Part shown: piece by piece, positions 10,549 to 23,400 of the stretch | How positions within the stretch are numbered: the first letter of the stretch is position 1 | Layout of the letters: each line of letters begins with the position of its first letter | Source of the DNA: the human T2T-CHM13v2.0 reference genome, Homo sapiens | DNA: 64,000 nt | Strand: one strand, 5' to 3' | Assembly: GCF_009914755.1 (NCBI RefSeq) | Contig: NC_060933.1 | The notes under the pieces: generated by a model | Databases searched by the model: none | Seen by the model: only the letters and a program-made list of their open reading frames with translations | What the model was told of the DNA's origin: nothing | Program-made: the position numbers and the translations under genes

Positions 10549-12661
10549 GCCTAGATATCAGAGTGAAGAAGACACTAGCTAAGTTCAGAAGACTGACCCA
10601 AAATAGCCCACAGAAAACATGTAACATAAGAGAGGAACCAACTGTTATTTTTGGGCAATCTTAGGGTTGGTTGCTACCCAACAAAATCTAGTGAAATCAA
10701 ATGAAATATGTCAAAAACATCCCTTTTTTGTTCTTTTTTTTAACCACCTGAAATCATACACTAATTAATTTATTTAACTTTCCGGCACTCTCCTGATGAA
10801 TGACTGTAGGATTTTTCTGTTTTTTTTTCCACTATTTTATTAAGCCCCCAACACATAAAATACAGTTTCTTCCATTTAATGTTACTGAATGAGGAACACT
10901 TAATGAGTGTTATAATGTGTGTATATAAATTAATGTTACATTAGTTAGTAAGTTACATAAAAGAATAAGTCACTACAAATAATGGCCAATACTACCCACT
11001 TTTGTATTCCAGATGATCGTTTACAGTAAAATGTTCATTCAATATTTGTTGAATGAATAATTTCTCATAAACTGGACATATAAAGCAAAGAATAGGAACA
11101 CTGTGAAGGAAGTTTTATTGATGTCACTTTAAATATTATAATTTCAGTAGTATAACCAGGATCATGCAGATAATGGCTAATACAGAATTTCATTCTTGAA
11201 ATCTCTGGCCTTGAATTCTTTATTTACTGCTTCCACATCAAAATTAAGTACACAACTAGAAAGTTCAAGAAAAAATATTGGGGTTTTCCTGAAAGAGGTA
11301 TAGAAAAAAAATTGGAAAAATCTGTACTTCATTATCTTGTAAATAATGATTCTTTTTCCTTAGACTAATATGCAGTTTTTTCTCTGTATATCAATTTAAA
11401 AACAGACACACACATTAGAAATGGACATTGTTTCAAGTTATACAGAATTAACAATGTTTTAGAGGAGGAGATCCAGCATTTGATATTATTTACTGTAGAT
11501 TCTTCAGAAACAAACAAACAAACAAAAAGGCTAAAAAAGTAAAACACGTAGGATATTAAATCATGTTAGAAAAACTTTATTCACACTTGCTCCATCATTA
11601 AGTTTAGGATACTCCTTGGGAGTTTATACAGTCTAACAGTAAGATAAAAGGAAGTACTCCATTATAAAGTGGGCAGTAACTTTATGAATCCCCTTTCTCC
11701 CCATGATGGCAAAAGCTTAAATTATACATCCATTTTCCAAAGTTTGGGAAAATTCACTGTTAAGTTATACTCCTTGGGGATGTTTTGAGATGTAATTCTA
11801 GCCTTCATTGGTGGAAAGAACAGCCACTTGTCTCCAGAGTGACTGCTGATGACTTTTGCAAAGACACCAAGGTGAGACATGGAGTTAGATAGGTCTTACT
11901 ACTGATTTGTTGAAATGTTCTTAAGAACAGCAAGGAATAAATATTGTGGGCAAAATGTTTTCTGCATTTCTTACTGTGGTTGCTCAGTAATATGCCTTCT
12001 GCAAACCCACAATTTAAATGTGTGACAGATTTTCACTGATTTTCCATTACTTATGGCATATTCTGTAATAAACATTGAGCATGACAAGTGTCCAGGAATC
12101 TACAAAGTTCTATCGACATTATTGCAAAATATATGAAACATTTGGCTGAATTGGTGTCTTGATTGGAAATTGGCAATATCTCATTTTTATATTGGTTGTT
12201 TCAGTAAACACTGCCCAAAAACCTTTTTCCCCCAATTTCCCAAGTTTATTGATAAAGAGTAAGAGAGATACCAGCCAGGCTAAACCTCAAATGAGTTGAT
12301 AATGTTCAGTGGTTCTGAGTACAATGAGATGTTCATCTATTGAAAATACAGGAAGAAAAAAATTCCATTAAGATAAAATATCTAATTTGGAAAAGGCAAA
12401 AAGATGGGGAAAAGAGTCACATTATTGGGTGGTTACAAGCTAAAGCATAAAAACCATTAAAAACAATTATTTTATGTGGTGCTTTCCACAATTTGGACAA
12501 TGACTGTAAATCAAGTCAACTCAAAAGCCTTATTTTTTTCCCAGAAAACATTTGCATTTTTAACTGAAAACAGTCAAACTCCTAAAAAATGACTGATGTA
12601 TCCATTTGTTTTGATTTTATGCATACATTTCTCTGGACATTTTCTTATCTCATTAGAAAAT

Positions 12662-12840
12662 TCTAAATATTTATAGTTGGAAAAGACCTCAGAGACTGTT
12701 TAATCTAACCTCTACTTTACAGAGATAAGCAAATAGGCTCAGAATTTCTAAGAGGTAAATTATGTAGCTAGAATGTATCAGAAATTAGGTGGATTGTAAT
12801 TTCTGTCCTTTCACTTCAGGCCAGTGCTATTTTCTCTTCA
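12662..12840 (-). mobile_element. MIR3/MIRc relic
   Basis: agttggaaaagacctcagaga...tttacagagataagcaaataggctcaga...ggccagtgctattttc. Confidence 0.6.
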
Positions 12841-13659
12841 CTTTACCAACTATCTTTGATATCTGTAACCTAAATGACAAATTAAATGTTTATTTACTGA
12901 TACTAAATGGAGTAGCAATAATGGAAAATAGGTTTTGGAACGCCACGTTTGTTTATTGTATGGTTTGACATCCATTTGTTTTCCTTAAGAATAAATATAA
13001 TATCAATTTACCATAGTAAGTTCTTCTAGTCAGATGGATTTTTCTCAATACAGTTATGGTGATTTAATACGACATACTGATAAAAGAGGAAAACTTAATC
13101 GTTGAACATCTTTACAAAAACAGTTTTGGTCTTTAATCATTGTTGAAAATCTCTAAAGGATATTGTATACATGGATTGCCTTAATGTCTATTTTTGCTTT
13201 ACTTTAGCACACACACACCCTTTAATGTTTTGTGCTATGTGCTCCTTTTTCCTAAAAACAAAGACCATCAAACAATTCTGGATATTTTAAGATTTCGGTT
13301 AACACCAATTAAAGACATAAAATTAGTTTCATTGCTAAAAGAGCAAGAGCCATAACACCTAAGCTTCAGTTTCACCCAAACTATAGGTGATTTTCAAATT
13401 TATTAAAACCTGAGGTGATTGCTTTTAGCACATGGAGAAATTACCAAGAATATCAACTACCATCATTGTTAGAGAAGTAGTTGTTCAAGTATTTGTGATA
13501 AGCCAAAAACAACAAAACTAAATCAGTCCCAGCTCCACCAGTTTGAGTAAGACCTGCTTTCTCTTAGGTTCTCCGATTACTCCCTTCTCTGTGATTACAC
13601 AGCATTCACATACTTTTATTAAATATCTTATTTGTTTACATCACTCTCTGTTTCCTTAG

Positions 13660-14000
13660 TATGGTAGGCAGAATGGTCCTTCAATATATCCATATTCTAT
13701 TTCCTGGGTCTTGTAAATATGCTACTTTACATGGCAAAAGGAATTCTTCAGATGTAATTAAAGTATGAACTTTATGATATTGACATCATCCTACGTTACC
13801 CTTACCCGGGTGGGTCCAATCTATTCACATGAGCCTTGAAAGCAGAGAACTTTCCCTGGCTGGAGCAGAAGAGATGTGGCAGAAGAAGTCAAATTTGAAT
13901 TGTGTGTGGGGCTTTCTGTACCTTTGCTACTTTGAAGATGGAAGGGAGAGCAATTAACGGCTTCCTCAGATCTCAGACTAACTGTCCACATTGACCAAGA
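13660..14000 (+). mobile_element. MaLR LTR, 5' part (MLT1D/E-like)
   Basis: tatggtaggcagaat...ttacatggcaaaaggaattcttcagatgtaattaa...gggtgggtccaatctattcacatgagccttgaaagcagagaac. Confidence 0.78.
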
Positions 14001-14287
14001 GAATAATCTTCATTTTCTCAGTGTAAGGTTCCTTACAGACAGTGATTCTAAAGGACAGACAGAACCACATGGCAACATAATTACACAAGTACACAACTAT
14101 TTATCACCACTAAACATGAACCACAGATGGGAGAAAGCACAAGATTATGCCCATAAAGATGATTCAAAGTATACACAATCAGCTAATTTAATATTAGATA
14201 AAGTATTTTCTATTCAATTGCATTCTTGTTCTGTGTAAAAATAACGTCTGGATTCTTTAAATTTCTATTTACTGCATTAAGTAATAT

Positions 14288-14726
14288 TGAAACCAACCCA
14301 ATAGTCACATAAGTAGTTCTTTTGGATAAAAATAGAAATTGACCCTTCTGGTATCAAAGCCTGAAACTTATATTCGTTTTATCTGAGTTCCTTCTTCAGG
14401 AAAGGACCCCCCTCACCCAGCCATGCCTCTCAAAAAGCATCCAAGAACTGAGACTCACCAGATCACTCACTTAGACATCTCATTTTGTTTCCTTACCCCA
14501 ACCTAATTTGTATTTTCTAACACATGGTTAAATTTCTTCTCTGCTATATAAACCCCTAACTCGAGTCAGTTATGGATCTGGAGTTGAGACTGATCTCCCA
14601 TATCCTTGGCTGCAGCACCCGATTAAAGCCTTCTTTCTTGTCAATACTCTACTCCTTGCCTCAGTCATTGGCTGTCTGTGCAGTGAGCTGCAAGACCTAG
14701 ATTGAACCATCAGTGTTTCAATAACA
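14288..14726 (+). mobile_element. Solo endogenous retrovirus LTR (LTR47-like)
   Basis: Has TG...CA termini and starts tgaaaccaacccaatagtc...atagaaattgacccttctgg, as in recalled LTR47A. Internal TATATAAA at 14545-14552 and ATTAAA at 14622-14627. Confidence 0.75.
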
Positions 14727-15149
14727 ATGTCATTGGCACAGGAAGGGACACCTCAGGTATCTGGGAGTGAGATATAAGTAGCTCAGCCTCTGCACAATCC
14801 TCAGTTTACTGTAGTGAAATTCCAGGCATGGTTTTCACTGTCATTGCTTCTGAGGTAGCAAAAATAAATATAATGACGATTGACCTCTCTTAGATTGTTT
14901 CTTTTTTCTTAAGGTTTTGTTGACCACTTCAGGTTCTCCTGAATTCACTAGATTTATTGATTTTATTTCTGTAATTAAGGTTACAATATTTCCCATTCTT
15001 CATTAGAAAAGAAGAGTTTGACAATGCCCATCCACTTCAAACAGTGCTACTCATACTTTTTGATTGATAAGCCCCTAATAACACAGTATGGTAAATCTGA
15101 GTTTCCAGGGAACATAGAGCACAAATGGAGAAAGTCTGCATCAGAAATT

Positions 15150-15268
15150 TTATATATATATATATATAAAATATATATATATTTTTATTATACTTTAATT
15201 TCTAGGGTACATGTGCACCATGTGCAGGTTTGTTACATATGTATACATGTGCCATGTTGTGTGCTGCA
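15150..15268 (-). mobile_element. Extremely 5'-truncated L1PA 3' end with (TA)n tail
   Basis: ttattatactttaatttctagggtacatgtgcac...ggtttgttacatatgtatacatgtgccatgttg is the L1PA 3' terminus reversed. Confidence 0.88.
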
Positions 15269-16989
15269 ACTGCATGAGAAAACTGAATTTTATTTTTAAT
15301 TTAATTTGTGGCACCATCTATAACATTATTTTTTTAAGTATTTGAATCATATAAATAAAAATAAATTACAAGAAACTGTACCATTTTGTCCTTCAATTTT
15401 GTATATCCCTTTGCACACCAAGTGTGGGAGGCATAGACTTAGACTATCTTCTTTCACTTGCCTCATGATTCTAAGAAAAAGCAGAGGTTAGGCAAACATA
15501 CTCTGTTTGGCCTGGGTTTTTCTTCCAGCAAGTATTTCTTCCAGTAGGGAAAGTGAATTCCCAGGGTGAGCCTGAGTAACAGTGATGCTTAGAGTTTAGA
15601 GATGGCACATCTCTGTAATGAGTTGTGTTTTTTTTTTTTTCCCTAAAAATATGCAAGTTGCTGGTGTACACTCTAGGATAAAATAATGTGTGAATACAGA
15701 AATGAATCAATAATCACTCAATTTACAAATCATATTCATATGGAGTAATGTGACTAATTCTTGGCTCTGTACTAAAAGTAAAACTATGAGTTTCAACTCT
15801 AGCTCTTTAATTACAGCTACTGGAAAATGACAGGAATTTTGGTACAGTAAGTATCTGCTTGAATGTTTACTTCGGATTATGTCAGCTCTAGTCCAACCAC
15901 TTGCAAACATTTCAGACATAGAAATAAGGCATTTCCAAGGCACCCTTCATATTAAAAAGCTCTGCTACTATGGTGGCTATTTCCTATGGCATTTCTAAAG
16001 CAACACGTCTAAGGAATATGGGCATTTCTACCTGTAATGATCCAAAATATCAGACAGAAAAAGATGGTTCCCAAGAGTAACAAAATATATGCAAAACATA
16101 GAAATTGGCAGTCCAAGGTTATCCTTTAATTTGGAGGCGCTTGCATTAAAGAGAAAAACATAAAATAATAAAAACATATATCATGAATTTTCTTTTTCAT
16201 CACTACTAAATCAAACAACAATCTTCTTTATTTTCTGCAATAGTTCTTAATAGGTTTTTACCCTGGCAGGGAATGTAACTGCTTGTTCCCTAAAATAGAA
16301 ATCAGGTTGCCTCGCCTGAAAAGTTAAAATTAGGAATGCATTACAGGTTCCAATAATAATATATTGTAAAAGATCCATTACTCAACAAAGGAACCTATTT
16401 GCCAAATTAGAGTTCCATTGGTTCCAATTATAGTACGATATGATCCTTGCCAAGCCATGCATTCAATTTCCAATAACGATAAAAGAATATGTTAGAGTTA
16501 AGTTCAAAGAGAATTCTTGCAGACTGAATTTTAAAATGCATCTTTTCATTCTGCTGATGCACACTCATTTGTTTAATACTTTTCACTTAATTGCCATCAT
16601 TCTCAGACAAAAATATTTAGTTTTTGTTATCACACAATAAATAAAATGTGAAGATATAGACAAAATACAAGGTAGACCCATTTCCCATGATTGTGATGCC
16701 TTCTTTCAAAGAAATGAAAATTTACATATATACATATATAATATATACACAGGTATGTATATATTTAGCACAGTCTGAAAGACATACCATATCTAACAAA
16801 TATAATAATAATTATTATTGTCACTGAAAGGCATTCTCTACTAGTTCCATGACATTTAATTTCTAACTTGCTTTATAAGGCTTTGTATATTTAAGCACTG
16901 AAAATAGAGACCAGCTGTTTCTTGAAGGCACTGAGATATTTTTAATTATATTTTGCCCATCTAGTTCATTGATTAGAAAGTACCTAGAA

Positions 16990-17143
16990 ACTTTCTCAAT
17001 GCTTAGTTTCTTCATCCGTAAACTAAGCTGAAATAGAAGCTACCTCACTGTCACTACATTATTAAGCTAATTAATGAATACATGCATTGCCATTGTAGAG
17101 TGTCTGATAATGTAGTAAATGTTCAATTAAGTGTTGGTCACTA
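16990..17143 (+). mobile_element. MIR relic
   Basis: tgcttagtttcttcatccgtaaa...tacctcac...agagtgtctgataatgtagtaaatgttcaat. Confidence 0.65.
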
Positions 17144-18270
17144 ACTTTTCTGGGATTACTATTTTACATTTGTAAATGTAATATACATTTATATTTTTTA
17201 ATATTCACATTTTAAAATCTATTTTTACATAGTAATTTCACACTCAATATTGGGTAGAACTACTATTATCATCATCAACAATGGATAATCATTGAGAACT
17301 TATTAACTGCAGAATATTTTGGACTATTGTCTATTTTTCTAACTTATGAGTTATAATTGTCAGAAATCTGTAATGTGTGTGCTTTCAATGCCAGAATGAA
17401 TATGACAAAGAACTTCCCTGGAAGGCAAGGGACTGAGATGTTAATTTCAGCTACCCTATAAACTAGCTGCATGATTATGAAAAAGATGTTAACATCTGTA
17501 GAATTTATAATCCTTAGATGTAAATGGAGACCTTGAATGTGCAGATCTTTCTAGAAATGTGTGTAGGAGGTTTTTGTGAGGTCAAGGTCCTTATAAGGGA
17601 AGAATACTCACTTCCTGAAGGTAAATTTTACATTATAATTGCTAAGCAGACCTTACATTGGCCAAGGCAGTGCTCTCTCACCCTGTAGACCATCAACCCC
17701 ATTAGGCAATTCATCAGAAGATTGGTAGGCCTGGAGTCACTACAGGTCATAACAGCTGGTTTTTATAGCTGGAAGCAGATACATTTAGAACTGATAATAC
17801 AGTCAAGCAAACTAAATATTTGCATATGAATGGTAAGGCAAATACTCGTGGAAATAGTTTGTATCTTTACATTGCTATAATTTATCTCTATCACTGATGC
17901 TTTTTCCCATTAAATATATTAATGCATAAAGTAACTCACAATCAAATATTGCCAGCCCAGTGTCATTGCTCTCATATAGAAAACTTGGTGTACTAATCTG
18001 ACTCACTATGTATTCATTTTATAATATATCTCTGAAAGGCCAATCTTATATTCATTGCACTAATAAATCCTATACATTGTTAAAAATCTCTAAAATAATT
18101 CCCATTTTAAAAGTTTACAATTCTAAATGTTACCATTCCATCCTGATAGTCTGTATCAACAGCTGATTAATTGTTTGATAAACATAAGTAGTAAGAAAAC
18201 AACAACAACAAAAAAGTAAAATTCACGTAGTATAGTTTATAGTTAAAATTCTAATGGGAAGATTTGCTGG

Positions 18271-18280
18271 CAAGATGGCC
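18271..18280 (+). promoter_or_regulatory. YY1 site of the L1 5'UTR internal promoter
   Basis: caagatggcc at the 5' end of the L1, the known position of the YY1 element. Confidence 0.75.
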
Positions 18281-18549
18281 GAATAGGGACAGCTCCGGTC
18301 TTCACAACCCGCAGAACAGGAGATTCCCTCTGGTGCCTATGCCACCAGGGCCCTGGGTTTCAAGCAGAAAACTGGGCAGCCATTTGGGCAGACACTGAGC
18401 TAGCTGCAGGAGTTTAGTTTTCATACCCCAGTGGCACCTGGAATGCCAGCAAGACAGAACCATTCCCTCCCCTGGAAAGGGGGCTGAAGCCAGAGACACA
18501 AGTGGTCTGGCTCTGTGGGTCCCCCCTCCACCACCCGGAGCCCAGCAAG

Positions 18550-18642
18550 CTAAGATCCTGGCTTGAAATTCTCACTGCCAGCACAGAAGTCTGAGGTTGA
18601 CCTGGGACACTCAAGCTTGGTGAGGGAAGGGGCGTCTGCCAT
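18550..18642 (-). pseudogene. Truncated L1 antisense ORF0 homolog (30 codons)
   Basis: My translation is MADAPSLTKLECPRSTSDFCAGSENFKPGS* in a gcaATGG context. It resembles the recalled ORF0 N-terminus MAGAPPP...SDCCASN. Confidence 0.55.
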
Positions 18643-19350
18643 TGCTGAGGCTTGAGTAAGTGGTTTTACCCTCACAGTGTAAACAAAGCCACCAGGAAGT
18701 TTGAAATGGGCTGAGCCTACTGCAGCTCAGCAAGGCTGCTGCAGCCAGACTGCCTCTCTAGATTCCTCCTCTCTAGGCAGGGTATCTCTGAAAAAAAGGC
18801 AGCAGCCCAGGTGAGGGACTTATAGATAAGACCCCCATCTCCCTGAGACCGAGCACCTGGGGGAAGGGGCGGCTGTGGGTGCAGCTTCAGCAGACTTAAA
18901 CATTCCTGCCTGATAGCTCTGAAGAGAGCCATGGCTCTCCCAGCACAGTGTTCGAGCTCTGATAAGGGTCAGACTGCCTCCTCAAGTGGATCATTGACCC
19001 CCATGTATCCTGACTGGAAGACATCTCCCAGTAGGGGCTGACAGACACCTCATACAGGAAAGCTCTGGCTGGCGTCTGGCAATTGCCCCTCTGGGATGAA
19101 GCTTCCAGAGGAAGGAACAGGAAGCAATCTTTGCTGTTCTGCAGTCTCTGCTGGTGATACCCAGGCAAAGAGGGACTGGAGTGGACCTCCAGCAAACTCC
19201 AGCAGACCTACAGCAGAGGGGGGTGACTGTTAGGAGGAAAACTAACAAACAGAAAGGAAGAGCATCAACATCAACAAAAGGGACGTCCACTCAGAGACCC
19301 CATCCGAAGGTCACCAACATCAAAGACCAAAGGTAGATAAATCCACAAAG

Positions 19351-20372
19351 ATGGGGAGAAACCAGCACAAAAAGGCTGAAAACTCCAAAAACCAGAACTC
19401 TTCTTCTCCTACAAGAGATTACAGCTCCTCACCAGCAAGGGAACAAAACTGGACGGAGAATGAATTTGATGAATTGACAGAAGTAAGCCTCAGAAGGTGG
19501 GTAATAACAAACTCCTCCGAGCTAAAGAGGCATGTTCTAACCCTTCGCAAGGAAGCTAAGAACTTTGACAAAAGGTTAGACAAATTGCTAACTAGAATAA
19601 CCAGTATAGAGAAGAACATAAATAAACTGATAGAGCTGAAAAACACAGCACAAGAACTTTGTGAAGCATACACAAGTATCAATAGCCAAACTGATCAAGG
19701 GGAAAAAAAGGATATCAGAGATTGAAGATCAACTTAATGAAATAAAGCGAGAAGACAAGATCAGAGAAAAAGGAATGAAAAGAAATGAACAAAGACTCCA
19801 GGAAATATGGGACTATGTGAAAAGACCAAATCTACATTTGATTGGTGTACCTGAAAGTGATGAGGAGAAAGTAAACAAGTTGGAAAACACTCTTCAGGGT
19901 ATTATCCAGGAAAACTTCACCAACGTAGCAAGACAGGCCAACATTCAAATTCAGGAAATACAGAGAACACCACAAAGATACTCCTTGAGAAGAGCAACCC
20001 CAAGACACATAATCGTCAGATTCACCAAGGTTGAAATGAAGGAAAAAATGTTAAGGGCAGCCAGAGGGAAAGCTTGGGTTACCCACAAAGGGAAGCCCAT
20101 CAAACTAACAGCGGATCTCTTGGCAGAAACCCTACAAGCCAGAAGAGAGTGGGGGCCAATATTCAACATTCTTAAAGAATTTTCAACCCAGAATTTCTTA
20201 TCCAGCCAAACAAAGCTTCATAAGTGAAGGAGAAATAAAATCCTTTATAGGCAAGCAAATGCTGAGAGATTTTGTCACCACCAGGCTTGCCTTACAAGAG
20301 CTCCTGAAGGAAGCACTAAACATGGAAGGGAACAACTGGTACCAGCCACTGCAAAAACATACCAAATTGTAA
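19351..20372 (+). pseudogene. L1 ORF1p (RNA-binding/chaperone), frameshifted
   Basis: MGRNQHKKAENSKNQ... and ...QEIWDYVKRPNLHLIGVPE...RATPRHIIVRF are split across ORFs 19351-19725 and 19661-20227. Frameshifts lie near 19705 and 20175, and the native TAA is at 20370-20372. Confidence 0.93.
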
Positions 20373-20435
20373 AGACCATCGACACTATGAAGAAACTACA
20401 TCAACTAATGGGCAAAATAACCAGCTAGAATCATA

Positions 20436-23400
20436 AAGACAGGATCAAATTCACACATAACAATATTAACCGTAAATGTAAATGGGCTATGCCCCAATTT
20501 AAAGACACAGACTGGCAAACTGGATAAAGAGTCAACTCCCATTGGTGTGCTGTATTCGGGAGACCCATCTCACGTGCAAAGACACACATATGCTCAAAAT
20601 AGAGGGATGGAGAAATATTTACCAAGCAAATAGAAAGCAAAAATAGCACGGGTTACAATCGTAGTCTCTGATAAAACAGACTTTAAAACAACAAAGATCA
20701 AAAGAGACAAAGAAGGGCATTACATAATGGTAAAGGGATCAATGCAACAAGAAGAGCTAACTGTCCCAAATATATATGCACCCAATACAGGAGCACCCAG
20801 ATTCACGAAACCATTTCTTAGATACCTGCAAAGAGACTTAGACGCCCACACAATAATAGTGGGAAACTGTAACACCCCACTGTCAATATTAGACAGATCA
20901 AGACAGAAAATTAACAAGGATATTCAAGACTTAAACTCAGCTCTGAACCAAGTGGACCTAATAGACATCAATAGAACTCTCCACCCCAAATCAACAGAAT
21001 ATACATTCTTCTCAGCACCACATCACACTTATTCTAAAATTAACCACATAAGTGGAAGTAAAACACTCCTCAGGGAATGCAAAACAATAGCAATCATAAC
21101 AAACAGTCTCTCAGACCACAGTGCAATCAAGTTAGAACTCAGGATTAATAAACTCACTCAAAACTGCACAACTACATATAAGCTGAACAATGTGCTCCTG
21201 AATGACTACTGAGTAAACAATGAAATTAAGACAGAAATAAAGATGTTATTTGAAACCAATGAGAACAAAGTCACGATGTACCAGAATCTCTGGGACACAT
21301 TTAAAGCAGTGTTTAGGGGAAATTTATAGCACTAAATACCCACAGGAGAAAGCAGAAAACATCTAAATTCGATACCCTAACATCACAATTAAAAGAACGA
21401 GTGAAGCAAGAGCAAACAAATTCAAAAGCTAGCAGAAGACAAGAAATAACTAAGATCAGAGCAGAACTGAAGGAGATAGAAACACAAAAAAAAACCTTCA
21501 AAAAATAAATTAATCCAGGAGCTGTTTTTTATAAAAGATCAACAAAATAGATAGACCACTAGACAGACTAATAAAGAAGAAAAGAGAGAAGGATCAAATA
21601 GATGCAATAAAAAATAATAAAGGGGATATCACCACTGATCCTACAGTAATACAAACTACCATCAGAGAATACTATAATCATCTGTAGGCAAATAAACTAG
21701 AAAATCTAGAAGAAATGGATAAATTCATGGACACATACACCCTCCCAAGACTAAACCAAGAAGAAGTCCAATCTCTGAATAGACCAATACAAAGTTCTGA
21801 AATTGAGGCAGTTATTAATAGTCTACCAACCAAAAAATGTCCAGGACCAGATGGATTCACAGCCAAATTCTACCAGAGGTTCAAAGAGGAGCTGGTACCT
21901 TTCTTTCTGAAACTATTCCAAGCAACAAAAAAAGATGGAATCCTCCCTAACTTATTTTATGAGGCCAGCATCATCCTGATGCTGAAACCCGGAAGAGACA
22001 CAACAAAAAAAGATAATTTCAGGCTAATATCCCTGATGAACATTGATGCAAAAATCCTTAATAAAATACTGGCAAAGTGATTCCAGCAGCACATCAAAAC
22101 GCTCATCCACCACAATCAAGGTGGCTTCATCCCTGGGATGCAAGGCTGGTTCAACATATGCAAATCAATATATGTAATCCATCACATAAACAGAACCAAT
22201 GACAAAAAACACATGATTATCTCAATAAATGCAGAAAAGGCTTCCAACAAAATTCAACAGCCCTTCATGCAAAAACTCTCAATACGCTAGGTACTGACGG
22301 AATGTATCTCAAAATAGTAAGAGCTATTTATGACAAACCCACAGTCAATATCATACAGAATGGGGAAAAACCAGAAGCATTTCCTTTGAAAACCGGCACA
22401 AGACAAGGATGCCCTCTCTCTCCACTCCTATTCAACATAGTATTGGAAGTTCTGGCCGGTGAATCAGGCAGGAGAAAGAAATAAACAGTATTCAAATGGG
22501 AAGAGAGGAAGTCAAATTGTCTCTGTTTGCAGATGACATGATTGTATATTTAGGAAACCCCATCGTCTCAGCCCTATATCTCCTTAAGCTGATAAGCAAC
22601 TTCAGCAAAGTCTCAGGATACAAAACCAATGTGCAAAAATCACAAGGATCCCTATATACAAATAATAGACAGAGATTCAAATCATGAGTGAACTCCCATT
22701 CACAATTTTTACAAAGAGAAAAAAATACCTAGGAATCTAACTTACAAGGTATGTGAAAAACCTCTTCAAGGAGACCTATAAGCCACTGCTCAAGCAAATA
22801 AGAGAGGACACAAACAATTGGAAAAACATTCCATTCTTATAGATAGGAAGAATCAATTCATGAAAATGGCCATACTGCCCAAAGTAATTTATAGATTCAA
22901 TGCTATTTCCGTCAAGCTACCATTGACTTTCTTCACAGAATTGGAAAAAAACTACTTTAAAGTTCATATGGAACCAAAAAAGATCCTGCATTGCCGAGAC
23001 AATCCTAAGCAAAGAGAACAAAGCTGGAGGCATCACACTACCTGACTTCAAACTATACTACAAGGCTACATCAAAACAGCATGGTACTAGTACCAAAACA
23101 GATATATACACCCATGGAACAGAACAGAGACTTCAGAAATAACACCACACATCTACAACCATCTGATCTTTGACAAACCTGACAAAAACAAGCAATGGGG
23201 AAAGGATTCCCTATTTAATAAATGGTGTTGGGAAAACTGAATAGGCATATGCAGAAAAAACTGAAACTGGATCCCTTGCTTACACCTTATAGCAAAATTA
23301 ACTCAAGATGGATTAAAGACTTAAACGTAAGACCTAAAACCATAAAAACCCTAGAAGAAAACCTAGGCAATACCATTCAGGACATAGGCATGGGCAAAGA

